From: Nitrosomonas sp.
GTDB taxonomy: Bacteria; Pseudomonadota; Gammaproteobacteria; Burkholderiales; Nitrosomonadaceae
Assembly: GCA_044507105.1 (NCBI GenBank)
Contig: JBIQJX010000005.1
Location: forward strand, 640 to 64,639
Direction: 5' to 3'
Length of the DNA stretch: 64,000 nt
Of the stretch, positions 38,318 to 48,631 are shown piece by piece. The first letter of the stretch is position 1. Each line of letters starts with the position of its first letter. Both the position numbers and the translations under genes were made by a program. The notes beneath the pieces were generated by a model. The model did no database searches and was not told the DNA's origin. It saw only the letters and a list, made by a program, of their open reading frames with translations.

Positions 38318-39355
38318 TCACATTTTATCTGCGACCGTAGTGCTAAGGATTATCTTTGCAATAATCGCATTTGCTTGTGCATTCCAGTGCGCGTCATAAG
38401 GACCGACACGCATTTCCAAACCCGTTAAATCTGAATATTGTTTTAGACCTCGAAACGGGTGAATTACCGTAATGTCTGCTGCGATCGCCTGCCGGTACAT
38501 TGATTCAAGTGCGGGGTCGATGAATTCTTCGTTGCGATCCAGATGGCTCACCCGGGGATCGATTACAATGCCCACTTTTATCGAATTGAAATTTGAAAGC
38601 TCCTGGAAGAACCGTTCTATGACGTTGGCCTCAGCTGGCGAGGGAGATGTGCTGGAAGATTTATCAGCTACTACTGTAGTTGCATTTATGTTTGGCACAA
38701 TGGGTCGACCGATGCTTTCGATCAATGCTCTGGGTGAGAGGCGAAGTATCCCGACAAAATATTGCAGGAAAGCAGAGTGTGCAAGAAGATCGCGCAGCGG
38801 ATCACGAGGGGGTTTCTTTTTGCGAAGAAGTTCACCGTTGGCATCCAGACAAACATCCATATAGGCAGCATGCTTGCAGAGGCTTTGGTGAACATCTGCA
38901 CGTTCGACAATAATCCAGAATTTTCTGACACCAAGTTTGTCGTAAGCAAACCTGACCCGCTCGAGATAGTCAAAAAGGCTGCTGCCAGGAATCCCCATTG
39001 AAAAAACAGGAGCACCATTACGCCCATTTTCGAGCTGCATTGCCAGACGATCGGATGGGGCGAGCATCGATTGTTCTACTAAGCTGTCCCCGATCAGTGC
39101 GACAGTATCGGGTGAGGGCAAGAAAGGGCGATCAGGGATGAACCCGAACTCGTTTGAACGTTGCTGTTGAGGATTGAGGAAAGACCATCCGGTGGCGCTC
39201 TGGAATTCGAAATTTGGAGGGTAAGTGCTTATAAGCGGATCGATGTATTGACCTAGGCGAGTGGCAGTTGGAGTTGGCAGAATACGTAATATTAATTCCA
39301 GGATAATTAGTGAAGTTAGGCCGCCAAGTATCAGAAACAGAATTTTACGCAACAT
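38318..39355 (-). CDS. Membrane-anchored SGNH-like acyltransferase (AlgJ/AlgX/PatB-like)
   Basis: N-terminal TM, IGDS block I, GIPG block II, DAHWN block V; TGATG coupling to the MBOAT gene. Confidence 0.72.
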   Translation of the reverse strand: MLRKILFLILGGLTSLIILELILRILPTPTATRLGQYIDPLISTYPPNFEFQSATGWSFLNPQQQRSNEFGFIPDRPFLPSPDTVALIGDSLVEQSMLAPSDRLAMQLENGRNGAPVFSMGIPGSSLFDYLERVRFAYDKLGVRKFWIIVERADVHQSLCKHAAYMDVCLDANGELLRKKKPPRDPLRDLLAHSAFLQYFVGILRLSPRALIESIGRPIVPNINATTVVADKSSSTSPSPAEANVIERFFQELSNFNSIKVGIVIDPRVSHLDRNEEFIDPALESMYRQAIAADITVIHPFRGLKQYSDLTGLEMRVGPYDAHWNAQANAIIAKIILSTTVADKM

Positions 39356-40842
39356 CAGAAGTTGAAATAAATGAATGGGCTCGTACTGGTGCGTAATTCG
39401 CTTATCGCTATCAGCGCCGTAATCATGACAATAGCTGAGCCAGTGCTGAACCAGGCAATCGGCTGGAATTGCATGCAGATCCTGAGATGTCGATCAAACA
39501 AAATATTCGAATTTATCGGCAATATTGCAATCAGGCTCCATGCCAGGGTTAACCATATACCTCGAGATGTATCGAGCCCGGCATTAAACAGAATTTTCGG
39601 GAAAGAGCCAGTATCTGAAATCGAAAACATAGCCGACAGTATGATGCTGGCTGTCGAGAAATCAACAGCACGAAAAAATACCCATGCCACAATGGTGGCA
39701 AGCATCGTAATTAGCCACGTTACTAGTGTGATTGCAGTATGGGGTAGGAAACAGGCAAGATATCGGGTGAATATGTTGCCACAGCTGTGATGCGCCACCA
39801 GATAAAGTCCGTGCAAACCACCCCAGGCTACAAATGTCCAGCTGGCACCATGCCAGAGCCCGCCCAGCAACATGGTTACCATGAGGTTGATGATGCGTCG
39901 TAAGTTTCCACGACGGTTGCCGCCGAGTGGGATGTACAGATAGTCGCGAAGAAAAGCTGACAAGGTCATATGCCAGCGACGCCAAAATTCGGAAATGTTA
40001 ATGGCGCGATAAGGGGAAGCGAAATTGAAAGGTAGACGGACTCCGAAAATCATTGATAAACCTACAGCCATATCGGAGTAACCTGAGAAGTCAAAATAAA
40101 GTTGCAGTGTATAAGCAATTGCTCCTGTCCAAGCTTCGAAAGTGGTTGGCGAATGACCGGCTGCCGTGGCATCAAATACTGCATCAGCATAAGGAGCAAT
40201 GCTATCTGCCAATATAATTTTCTTAATCAGACCCAATGTGAATAATCCGAGTCCTGGGGCGATTTTTGCTATTTGAGGGCGGTAGATTTCGGAATCGGCA
40301 AACTGAGGCATCATTTGTGCATGATGCAGAACCGGTCCTGCGATTAGGTGTGGAAAATAAGTAACGAATAACAGATAGTGGATGAACCGGTATTCTCGTG
40401 TTCCTTTTGTGAAGGTATCAACCAGAAATGCGATCTGCGTGAAGGTGAAGAATGAAATTCCGATAGGCAGGATTATCTCGACTCCTGATAAGTTTAGGGA
40501 AGTAACCGTTTGTAGCGTATCAAGCAAAAAATTTGCGTATTTGAACCAAGATAACAGGCCGAGGTTAAAGATCAGGCCTAAAGTCAGTGCGATGCGCGCT
40601 GATATTTCACTGTAGTCATTGGTCCGGTCACGCAACTTGCCAATGATAATCCCGAATCCATAGTTGACAACGATGGAAGTAAGCAGCAGTACAATATATT
40701 CCGGCACCCAATAACCGTAGAAGTATACCGAAGCCAACCCAAGCCAGGCTGCTGCGGCGCGAGGGGTGCGGCCAAGTAAAAAGAAACCCGCTGCGACGAT
40801 TGGTAGATATAGTAAAGAAAAGAGAGCGGATGTAAAAAGCAC
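39355..40842 (-). CDS. MBOAT O-acyltransferase (AlgI/PatA/DltB family)
   Basis: LPIGISFFTFTQI, FPHLIAGP, DFSGYSDMA, EFWRRWH, GGLWHGA, C-terminal FIYFNF. Confidence 0.95.
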   Translation of the reverse strand: MLFTSALFSLLYLPIVAAGFFLLGRTPRAAAAWLGLASVYFYGYWVPEYIVLLLTSIVVNYGFGIIIGKLRDRTNDYSEISARIALTLGLIFNLGLLSWFKYANFLLDTLQTVTSLNLSGVEIILPIGISFFTFTQIAFLVDTFTKGTREYRFIHYLLFVTYFPHLIAGPVLHHAQMMPQFADSEIYRPQIAKIAPGLGLFTLGLIKKIILADSIAPYADAVFDATAAGHSPTTFEAWTGAIAYTLQLYFDFSGYSDMAVGLSMIFGVRLPFNFASPYRAINISEFWRRWHMTLSAFLRDYLYIPLGGNRRGNLRRIINLMVTMLLGGLWHGASWTFVAWGGLHGLYLVAHHSCGNIFTRYLACFLPHTAITLVTWLITMLATIVAWVFFRAVDFSTASIILSAMFSISDTGSFPKILFNAGLDTSRGIWLTLAWSLIAILPINSNILFDRHLRICMQFQPIAWFSTGSAIVMITALIAISELRTSTSPFIYFNF

Positions 40843-40901
40843 GGGAAGAAATATAAAGAGACAGAAGCCAAATTGTTTTAACTGGTTTTAGTTCGGAAGG
40901 C

Positions 40902-41107
40902 TGTAAAAGTCACAATTTAATCTGACAGTTACGAGTTATCGGACAGCTGGCGCTTGTTGAGTCGCACAGTTCGATAACTCCTGCACAGTATCGATCATTT
41001 TTAATTGTGTAAGTTCTTTGACACCGCGGAAAGTCTGCATCGGGGTTTTACCGTAGTAGTATTTTCCGGAATGGGGTCGCGTTTCGTTGTATTTCCGCAA
41101 CCATTTC
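40902..41107 (-). mobile_element. IS481-family 3' end remnant with terminal inverted repeat
   Basis: End TGTAAAAGTCACAATTTAATCTGACA; peptide WLRKYNETRPHSGKYYYGKTPMQTF. Confidence 0.75.
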
Positions 41108-41220
41108 GGCAGACATTTATCGATTAATGCGCCGATGACATTGACACGGCCTCTGGTGCGCCAGTCACACACCGTGACATCGCTCGCCAATGGGCGCATA
41201 CCCGTGTGTTCGTGGGGCCT
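41108..41220 (-). mobile_element. IS630-family transposase fragment
   Basis: PRTHGYAPIGERCHG / CDWRTRGRVNVIGALI joined across a frameshift. Confidence 0.68.
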
Positions 41221-41222
41221 CT

Positions 41223-41316
41223 CGCTTCGACAAACTCAAACGCAATTATGAGAGTGTAGTAGCAATGGCCTCCATGGCTCTCTGGGGCACCTATGTGAAA
41301 CGTTAACACAACCCTA
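41223..41316 (+). mobile_element. IS5-family transposase C-terminal fragment and right end
   Basis: RFDKLKRNYESVVAMA..LW..PM* then AACGTTAACACAACCC|TA. Confidence 0.68.
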
Positions 41317-41352
41317 AACATCTCACAAACCAGTACCGATGCGTTAGAGGCC

Positions 41353-42066
41353 TCAATACCAGATTCGTACTCCAACCACATAGCGTACACTATGCTGATG
41401 TGCCTTAAGAGATTCCTCTTCTACGTAATCGATGCCTATATAAGGTGCAAATTCTCGCTTTATTTCATACCGCAGCCTTATACCCCCCTCAAATTCGGTG
41501 ATGCCTGCTTTGATACCACGATTTTCGATGTCCCAGCCGGCTGCGTTGACTTTGATACGGGGTTGCAGGATCAGGCGCTGAGTGATCAGGACATCATGGC
41601 TCAGACTCAGACGGCCTGCAAGATTGCCGTGCTGGGTGATAAAGAGAGCGCTGTCCCATTCGATGAAATAGGGTGCCAGGCCCTGAAAACCTATGACCGC
41701 ATCAAAGGTGCGCTCCGGTGCGAAAGCCCGTCTTACGCCGATCTGAAAATCCCAGAATGTACTGATATTATGGCTATAAAGTAGCTGTAGATCAGCGCGG
41801 CCGAAAATACCCTGATCTCCCGCATAATCTCCCTCAGTTTTGATCCACAGTTTGTGTTTGTCGGTACCGATCCAGTTCTGAATGTCCCATTTAGCAAGAT
41901 GCAATTTACCATTGCTTTCATACTCCAGACGTTCAGCTTTGAAATGATTAAACACAGTATCAAATTCATTGGCCAGCGTGCTGTTTACTTGCAGCAACCC
42001 CAAGATTAGCACTGAAATAGCAATAGTTTTACAGGCAGCTGTAACGGAAATGACATTCATGGCCAC
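41353..42066 (-). CDS. copB: Copper resistance protein B (outer membrane)
   Basis: WIG...KLWIKTEG, QGLAPY, TQRLILQP, RLRYEIKREFAPYIG, GVRIWY. Confidence 0.93.
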   Translation of the reverse strand: MAMNVISVTAACKTIAISVLILGLLQVNSTLANEFDTVFNHFKAERLEYESNGKLHLAKWDIQNWIGTDKHKLWIKTEGDYAGDQGIFGRADLQLLYSHNISTFWDFQIGVRRAFAPERTFDAVIGFQGLAPYFIEWDSALFITQHGNLAGRLSLSHDVLITQRLILQPRIKVNAAGWDIENRGIKAGITEFEGGIRLRYEIKREFAPYIGIDYVEEESLKAHQHSVRYVVGVRIWY

Positions 42067-43769
42067 GACGGCTTTACATCTCCTGCGTTTCTCACTCTCA
42101 GCAGACGAAACATGCCATTCTCCATGTGATAGAGTAGATGACAGTGAAACGCCCAGTCACCTGTTGCATCAATCGGTACATCCACGCTAACTGTTTCACC
42201 GGGCCTGACATTGATCACATGCTTCTTCGGATTATAGGCACCATTGCCGTTATCCAGATATTGCCACAGGCCGTGCAGATGGATTGGATGATTCATCATT
42301 GTTTCGTTGATATAACGGAAACGGATACGTTCGCCAAAACGGACGGTGATTGGTTCTGCTTCCGAATATTTTCGGTCGTTGAAGGACCAGATATAGCGGA
42401 ACATATTGCCGGTCAGACGTAGTGTGATTTCACGATCCGGCGGCCCCCAGTCTGAATTTGCATGGGCAGCTCGCAGGTCCTGGTAGCTCAGTTTCGAGAT
42501 AACATCAACTTGTGGCGTCGTATCAGGAGCGGAGTGATGATGTGTCCCATGAGCAGATGATTCAGGTGTAAGAGAGTGATGATGGTTGTGTTCTTCCGGG
42601 TGAGCAGTTTTCGTTTCCGGTCGTTGCACTTTGCCATGCATTGCATGACTGCTGTGCATCGATCCCATATCTGCCAGTGTTAACAGTTTCAGTGGTCTTA
42701 ATGTCGGGATCGGTGCTTGCAATCCAACCTCCGGTGTCAGGGTTGCGCTGGCGTAACCGCTGCGATCCATTGCCTCGGCAAAAATAGTGTAGGCCCGATT
42801 AGATTCAGGTGTTACCAGCACATCATAGGTCTCGGCAACGGCAATATGAAATTCTTCGGTATCGACTGGCTGAACAGCCTGCCCGTCAGCTTCAATCACC
42901 CGCATAGTGAGTCCGGGAATCCTGACATCGAAATGGGTCATTGCCGATGCATTGATAAAACGCAGCCGGATCTTTTCGCCTGGTCTGAACAATGCAGTCC
43001 AGTTTTTCTCAGGTGGTTGTCCGTTGATCAGAAAATGATATGTTGCTCCGGTTACGTCAGCAAGGTCAGTCGGATCCATGCGCATCTTCCCCCACGCCAA
43101 GCGATCAGCCAGTGTTTCTAAAAACCCGTGACGGCCAATGTCGCTGAAGAAATCCGAAATAGTACGCTTCTGAAAATTATAATAATCGCTTTGCTTTTTT
43201 AAACGCGCCAAGGTGCGGTGCGGATCAGCCTCCGGCCAGTCGGACAGCAGAATTACGATATCGTGATCCTCCAAGTGCATTGTTTCGGCCGGATCGATGA
43301 TCAAAGCGCCATACAGGCCTTGTTGCTCTTGTAATCCAGAATGGCCGTGGTACCAGTAGGTGCCGCTTTGTCTTACCTGAAATTGATAAGTGAAAGTGGT
43401 ATCTGGTGCAATGCCGGGGAAGCTGATGCCGGGGACACCATCCATTTCATATGGCAGGATAATACCGTGCCAGTGCAACGAAGTCGTTGTGTGCAAACGA
43501 TTGGTGACCTTCAGCGTGACAATTTCCCCTTCGCGCCAGCGCAAGGTGGGGGCGGGTAAGGTGGCATCTGTCAGAATGGCGGTTTGTTTATTATCTGTAA
43601 GAGCAATCGATTGTTCGGATATCGTCAGATGATAGGTTTTGGCGTAAGATAACCCATCTGACATACACGGGAGAGCTGCAATCAGTATTATCTTTTTCAG
43701 CACATGGAGGATTTTCTGCTTCGAAATCCGGAAGGCATGATATCGGGGGTAGCTCTGAAGCCTATTCAA
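42057..43769 (-). CDS. Copper-resistance multicopper oxidase (CopA/PcoA family)
   Basis: HWHG, YWYHGH, HPIHLHG, HCHLLYHM..GM; AGGAG RBS before the TTG start. Confidence 0.95.
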   Translation of the reverse strand: MNRLQSYPRYHAFRISKQKILHVLKKIILIAALPCMSDGLSYAKTYHLTISEQSIALTDNKQTAILTDATLPAPTLRWREGEIVTLKVTNRLHTTTSLHWHGIILPYEMDGVPGISFPGIAPDTTFTYQFQVRQSGTYWYHGHSGLQEQQGLYGALIIDPAETMHLEDHDIVILLSDWPEADPHRTLARLKKQSDYYNFQKRTISDFFSDIGRHGFLETLADRLAWGKMRMDPTDLADVTGATYHFLINGQPPEKNWTALFRPGEKIRLRFINASAMTHFDVRIPGLTMRVIEADGQAVQPVDTEEFHIAVAETYDVLVTPESNRAYTIFAEAMDRSGYASATLTPEVGLQAPIPTLRPLKLLTLADMGSMHSSHAMHGKVQRPETKTAHPEEHNHHHSLTPESSAHGTHHHSAPDTTPQVDVISKLSYQDLRAAHANSDWGPPDREITLRLTGNMFRYIWSFNDRKYSEAEPITVRFGERIRFRYINETMMNHPIHLHGLWQYLDNGNGAYNPKKHVINVRPGETVSVDVPIDATGDWAFHCHLLYHMENGMFRLLRVRNAGDVKPSWP

Positions 43770-44368
43770 TTATCCGCTCCTGTGTCGAAAAATTTGACCA
43801 TACTCCTGGAATATAAAGCGAGGTATGTAGATAGAGAACATCAGAAAACTCCCAATAATTCTCGGTCTCCTGCAGGCGGTATTACGCAGACGGCCATTGA
43901 AAATATCTTGTACCCCGTTGAATTTCTATATTGCATCAGGAGCTGTTCAAAAGCCAATAGGGCAAAGCCGAATTATTTTCAGAGAGTATGTGGCAATTTT
44001 TCGTGGGTGAGAGGGTCGATTCGGAAGTAATAAAGTAATATCTGGAGCGAAGAGTACTTTACTGATGAGGGTTATACAGTTATGACTATTATCGTCAGAT
44101 CAACCCTGTTTTCGGTGTTTCTGTCTGCGGATATGCGGTTTCATTGCTTCTGAACTGGTGGGTACTTGCCATTGGGAGTCAGGTTTCGGCCAGGGTATCT
44201 CGGCTAATATTTATGCCGCCAATACCGGTCCTTATTATTGAGGCTGATTTCAATCCTATTCCATGCTGCCTATCTATGTAGCTGCGCTGAGGTTTCTACA
44301 ATCATCTTATACAGCGACTGCCGTAGCGCTCGATGGGGTAGGTGCAATCAATCTGAGGAGAGAAGAAA

Positions 44369-44743
44369 TCATTTTCCAGCTCGGGTGGATTTTTTTTCTC
44401 GTCGTGTGGATTTGGATCTGGACCCGTATTTTTTTGTTGTGGTCGGGGATATTCCCTCATCGTTTTTTTCATCCGGCTCAGGCCGGTATATAATCAGGAT
44501 CTTACCGATCTGTCTGATAGGGGCTGCATTTAATGACTGACAGATCTGCTCCAGCAGAGAGGTTCTTTTGGCCCGGTCATCGTCGAGTACCTTTACCTTG
44601 ATAAGTTCGTGCTTTGAAAGACTCCTGTCGAGCTCATTGATAATGTTTGCCGTTAAGCCCCCTTTGCCGATCATTACTATCGGGTTCAGATGATGTGCGC
44701 TGACTGCAAGCAGTCGACGCTGTGCCATATCGAGCTCAAGCAT
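44369..44743 (-). CDS. yhbY: CRM-domain RNA-binding protein YhbY
   Basis: AHHLNPIVMIGKGGL, HELIKVKV, QIGKILIIYR; divergent from rlmE. Confidence 0.93.
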   Translation of the reverse strand: MLELDMAQRRLLAVSAHHLNPIVMIGKGGLTANIINELDRSLSKHELIKVKVLDDDRAKRTSLLEQICQSLNAAPIRQIGKILIIYRPEPDEKNDEGISPTTTKKYGSRSKSTRREKKSTRAGK

Positions 44744-44775
44744 AAGATTTTCTCAAAAGGAGCGGATTTTACCTG

Positions 44776-45399
44776 ATGAAGCCTGCCAAAACCAGCAAAG
44801 CATGGATGAAGGCCCATATCAATGATGGCTTTGTCCGGAAAGCCCGTCAGGAAGGTTATCGCTCACGTGCTGCCTATAAACTTCGTGAAATCGCTGAGCG
44901 GGATAATCTTTTTAGGCCGGGGATGACAGTTGTCGAGTTGGGTGCGGCGCCCGGAAGCTGGTCCCAGGTGGCGCTCGAGCATGTCGGGCAAACGGGCAGT
45001 GTTTTTGCCCTCGATATACTCGATATGCTGCCCTTGCCCGGCGTAACCTTCATTCAGGGAGATTTCCGCGAAAATGAAATATTGATGAAGCTGGAAAAAA
45101 TATTGAACGGAAGAGGAGTAGATCTTGTAATTTCTGATATGTCACCCAATCTTACTGGAATCCCCGTCAGTGATCAGGTACAGGGGATGCATTTGGCAGA
45201 ACTTGCTTTGATGTTTTGCCATGAGCATTTGAACCCCGGGAAAAACTTTCTTGTCAAAGTCTTTCAAGGTAATGACTTTGAGGCATTTCGGCGAACGATG
45301 GAGGCTGATTTTACGAAAGTTGTCGTCAGAAAGCCGAAAGCTTCACGTGATCGCAGCAAAGAGCTATATTTGCTGGGAGTAGAAAAAATAATCTGTTAG
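44776..45399 (+). CDS. rlmE: 23S rRNA Um2552 methyltransferase
   Basis: YRSRAAYKL, LGAAPGSWSQ, SDMSPN, KPKASR. Confidence 0.97.
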   Translation: MKPAKTSKAWMKAHINDGFVRKARQEGYRSRAAYKLREIAERDNLFRPGMTVVELGAAPGSWSQVALEHVGQTGSVFALDILDMLPLPGVTFIQGDFRENEILMKLEKILNGRGVDLVISDMSPNLTGIPVSDQVQGMHLAELALMFCHEHLNPGKNFLVKVFQGNDFEAFRRTMEADFTKVVVRKPKASRDRSKELYLLGVEKIIC

Positions 45400-45482
45400 A
45401 CTGCAGGAACAATCTTTTAATGGGTGAAACGCAATGTTCCGAGACACCCGGTTTCGTCAAGAAACGATATTGAGGAGCTAAT

Positions 45483-47405
45483 ATGAATAATCTGGTTAAA
45501 AACATGGCTATCTGGCTGGTGATTGCATTGGTACTGATGACAGTATTCAATCAGTTCACTACCCGGCAGTCAACACAGCCACCCATGGAATATTCACAGT
45601 TCATCAGTGAAATGAACCAGGGAAGAATTGCCAAAGTGGTAATTGATGGCCGTACACTGAGAGGCACAAAAACAGACGGGCGCCAGTTCATTGCTTATTC
45701 ACCGTCCGATCCGTGGCTGGTGAGTGATCTGTTACGGGCGGGCGTGATTGTGGAAGCCAAACCGGAAGAAGAACCTTCCATGCTGATGAGTGTGCTCGTC
45801 TCATGGTTCCCAATGTTGCTGCTGATCGCTGTCTGGATTTTCTTCATGCGTCAGATGCAGGGAGGCGGGCGCAGTGGCGGTGCTTTCTCATTTGGAAAAA
45901 GTAAAGCCAGAATGCTCGACCATAAAAATAACAACGTTACTTTTGCGGATGTGGCCGGCTGTGAAGAGGCTAAAGAAGAAGTCGCCGAACTGGTGGAATT
46001 TTTGAGAGATCCTTCCAGGTTCCAGAAACTGGGTGGACGTATCCCCCGAGGAGTATTGATGTGCGGTAACCCGGGAACGGGTAAAACGTTGCTGGCCCGT
46101 GCCATCGCCGGGGAGGCAAAAGTACCGTTCTTCAGTATTTCCGGTTCAGATTTTGTTGAAATGTTCGTTGGGGTCGGTGCTTCCAGAGTCAGGGACATGT
46201 TCGAACAGGCGAAAAAACACGCACCCTGCATTATCTTCATCGATGAGATTGATGCGGTTGGTCGCCAGCGGGGTGCGGGTCTTGGAGGCGGAAACGATGA
46301 GCGTGAACAGACTCTGAACCAGTTGCTGGTCGAAATGGATGGATTTGAAGGTAATGTAGGAGTAATCGTTATTGCGGCCACCAACCGTCCGGATGTGCTG
46401 GATCCTGCTTTGCTGCGTCCCGGCCGATTCGACCGGCAAGTGACTGTCCCCCTGCCCGATATCCGTGGCCGTGAGCAGATACTGCAGGTACATATGCGTA
46501 AGGTTCCAGTTTCGCCTGATGTGAAAGCAAGCATTATTGCCAGAGGTACGCCTGGTATGTCGGGAGCTGATTTAGCCAATCTGGTTAACGAAGCTGCCCT
46601 GTTTGCTGCACGAGCCAGTAAACGTCTCGTAGATATGGATGATTTTGAACGAGCCAAGGACAAGATCCTTATGGGTGCAGAGCGCCGTTCTGTCGTCATG
46701 CCTGAGAATGAGCGGCGTAACACCGCTTACCATGAATCAGGCCATGCAGTAGTAGCATATTTATTGCCAAAGACCGATCCGGTTCATAAGGTTTCGATTA
46801 TCCCCCGTGGGCGCGCGTTGGGCGTCACGATGCAGCTGCCTGCTGAAGATCGTTACAGTATGGATCGCGATCAGATCCTGCAGACGATAGCCGTTATGTT
46901 TGGTGGCCGTATTGCGGAAGAAGTATTCATGGATCAAATGACTACTGGTGCTTCCAATGACTTCGAACGGGCTACTGATACTGCCCGCAGGATGGTAACC
47001 CAGTGGGGAATGTCGGACGCATTAGGACCTATGGTATACGGGGAAAATGAAGGTGAAGTGTTCTTGGGTCGTTCAGTTACCACACATAAAAATGTGAGTG
47101 AAGCAACCATGCAAAAGGTTGATGCCGAAATCCGACGTATCGTCGATGAGCAATATGCGCTTGCGCGCAAGCTGATTGAGGAGAATAAGGATAAAATTGA
47201 GGCAATGACCCAGGCATTACTTGAATGGGAAACGATAGACAGCGAGCAGATCAAGGACATTATGGAAGGTCGCCCGCCTCGTCCGCCGCAAGCATCACAG
47301 TCTTCCACGCGAGAAGATAAAGGTACACCGGCCAAAGAGGTGAATCAGCCTCCTGCTAGTGAACCGGCCGCAACAGAAGCGCCTGCTCGCAAAGTGGAAA
47401 TTTGA
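45483..47405 (+). CDS. ftsH: ATP-dependent zinc metalloprotease FtsH
   Basis: 2 [26 protein letters not shown]. Confidence 0.99.
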   Translation: MNNLVKNMAIWLVIALVLMTVFNQFTTRQSTQPPMEYSQFISEMNQGRIAKVVIDGRTLRGTKTDGRQFIAYSPSDPWLVSDLLRAGVIVEAKPEEEPSMLMSVLVSWFPMLLLIAVWIFFMRQMQGGGRSGGAFSFGKSKARMLDHKNNNVTFADVAGCEEAKEEVAELVEFLRDPSRFQKLGGRIPRGVLMCGNPGTGKTLLARAIAGEAKVPFFSISGSDFVEMFVGVGASRVRDMFEQAKKHAPCIIFIDEIDAVGRQRGAGLGGGNDEREQTLNQLLVEMDGFEGNVGVIVIAATNRPDVLDPALLRPGRFDRQVTVPLPDIRGREQILQVHMRKVPVSPDVKASIIARGTPGMSGADLANLVNEAALFAARASKRLVDMDDFERAKDKILMGAERRSVVMPENERRNTAYHESGHAVVAYLLPKTDPVHKVSIIPRGRALGVTMQLPAEDRYSMDRDQILQTIAVMFGGRIAEEVFMDQMTTGASNDFERATDTARRMVTQWGMSDALGPMVYGENEGEVFLGRSVTTHKNVSEATMQKVDAEIRRIVDEQYALARKLIEENKDKIEAMTQALLEWETIDSEQIKDIMEGRPPRPPQASQSSTREDKGTPAKEVNQPPASEPAATEAPARKVEI

Positions 47406-47436
47406 AAAGAGTAGTCTAAGCTCGTTATTCCCCTTT

Positions 47437-47478
47437 AATGGCCTGTACGTTTTCTTACTGCGTACAGGCCGTTTTCTT
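47437..47478 (+). terminator. Stem-loop with U-tail after ftsH
   Basis: GGCCTGTACG...CGTACAGGCC followed by GTTTTCTT. Confidence 0.6.
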
Positions 47479-47484
47479 ATCTGA

Positions 47485-48342
47485 ATGAACAATCTGCAAC
47501 AGATTCTTCAGACGAATCGCCCGCTAATCATGGGGGTGATTAATGTTACGCCTGATTCTTTTTCTGATGGCGGGCATTATGCCACTACCGAAAAAGCAAT
47601 AAAGTTAGCACATCACCTGATTCAGGAGGGGGCGGATATCCTGGATATTGGGGGGGAATCCACTCGCCCCGGCAGCCGGCCTGTCGGATCCGATGAAGAA
47701 TTATTACGTATTATTCCCGTCATAGAATTTGCTGTGAGTATGAATATCCCAGTGTCAGTCGATACTTCCAAGCCAGAAGTCATGCGTGTCGCCATACAGG
47801 CGGGAGTGGATATCGTCAATGATATCAATGCACTGCGAACCCCTGGGGCATTGGAGGCTGTTGCAGACAGTTCCGTCATGGTATGCTTGATGCATATGAG
47901 GGGAAAGCCGGAAACGATGCAGCGCGACCCCCAATATTCAGATGTGGTTACTGAAGTCGGGTCATTTCTGGAGGGACGTATTGCAGCAGCAATTTCAGCT
48001 GGAATTACACATGAGCGTCTCATCATTGACCCTGGCTTTGGCTTTGGTAAAACATTCGAGCATAATTTGCTTTTGTTGCGTCAGCTTGACCGGTTCTCGA
48101 CTATGAATCTCCCCATTCTCGCAGGTCTCTCGCGTAAATCGATGTTAGGTACTATTACAGGTAATGTTGTCAATAATCGTGTTCATGCTAGTGTGGCAGC
48201 AGCCTTGCTGGCAGTGGGTCAAGGTGCCAAAATTGTGCGGGTGCATGATGTCAAAGCTACATATGATGCATTCTCGGTGTTTGCAGCAATAGATCGCCTC
48301 TATCCGGGTTTTCTGATTGATGGTCTTAAATTACAGTATTGA
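47485..48342 (+). CDS. folP: Dihydropteroate synthase
   Basis: NVTPDSFSDGG, GGESTRPG, DPGFGFGK, SRKS, RVHDV. Confidence 0.98.
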   Translation: MNNLQQILQTNRPLIMGVINVTPDSFSDGGHYATTEKAIKLAHHLIQEGADILDIGGESTRPGSRPVGSDEELLRIIPVIEFAVSMNIPVSVDTSKPEVMRVAIQAGVDIVNDINALRTPGALEAVADSSVMVCLMHMRGKPETMQRDPQYSDVVTEVGSFLEGRIAAAISAGITHERLIIDPGFGFGKTFEHNLLLLRQLDRFSTMNLPILAGLSRKSMLGTITGNVVNNRVHASVAAALLAVGQGAKIVRVHDVKATYDAFSVFAAIDRLYPGFLIDGLKLQY

Positions 48343-48631
48343 TTTCGCTGTATTTGTCGATTCTCAACAAAAATGTCGTTATATTATTTCTGATCTGGAT
48401 CAGTCAATCAAAGAGGTGCAATTTATGGTTTGCAACTCTAAAACGAACTGTAAAATAGGAGACTGATAACTATTCTAGGTGCACCCTACGGGGCATATAG
48501 AAGATTCTTCCGGTCTGAAATGGTGAGGCTGAGTAAGTGACCTTCTTGCCAGTGGTATTTCAGGGCATACATCATGATTTTGCAGCTGAATTGAGCGTCT
48601 CGCTTCAATCAATCAAGGAATCCGCGTTGAA

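Noticed and set aside
40936..41199. 87-aa ORF as a novel protein
   Set aside because: Chimeric read-through of IS630 and IS481 fragments
45851..46723. 290-aa antisense ORF (similar ones lie opposite sdhA, copA, rarA and msrAB)
   Set aside because: Shadow frames of conserved genes with no independent coding signal
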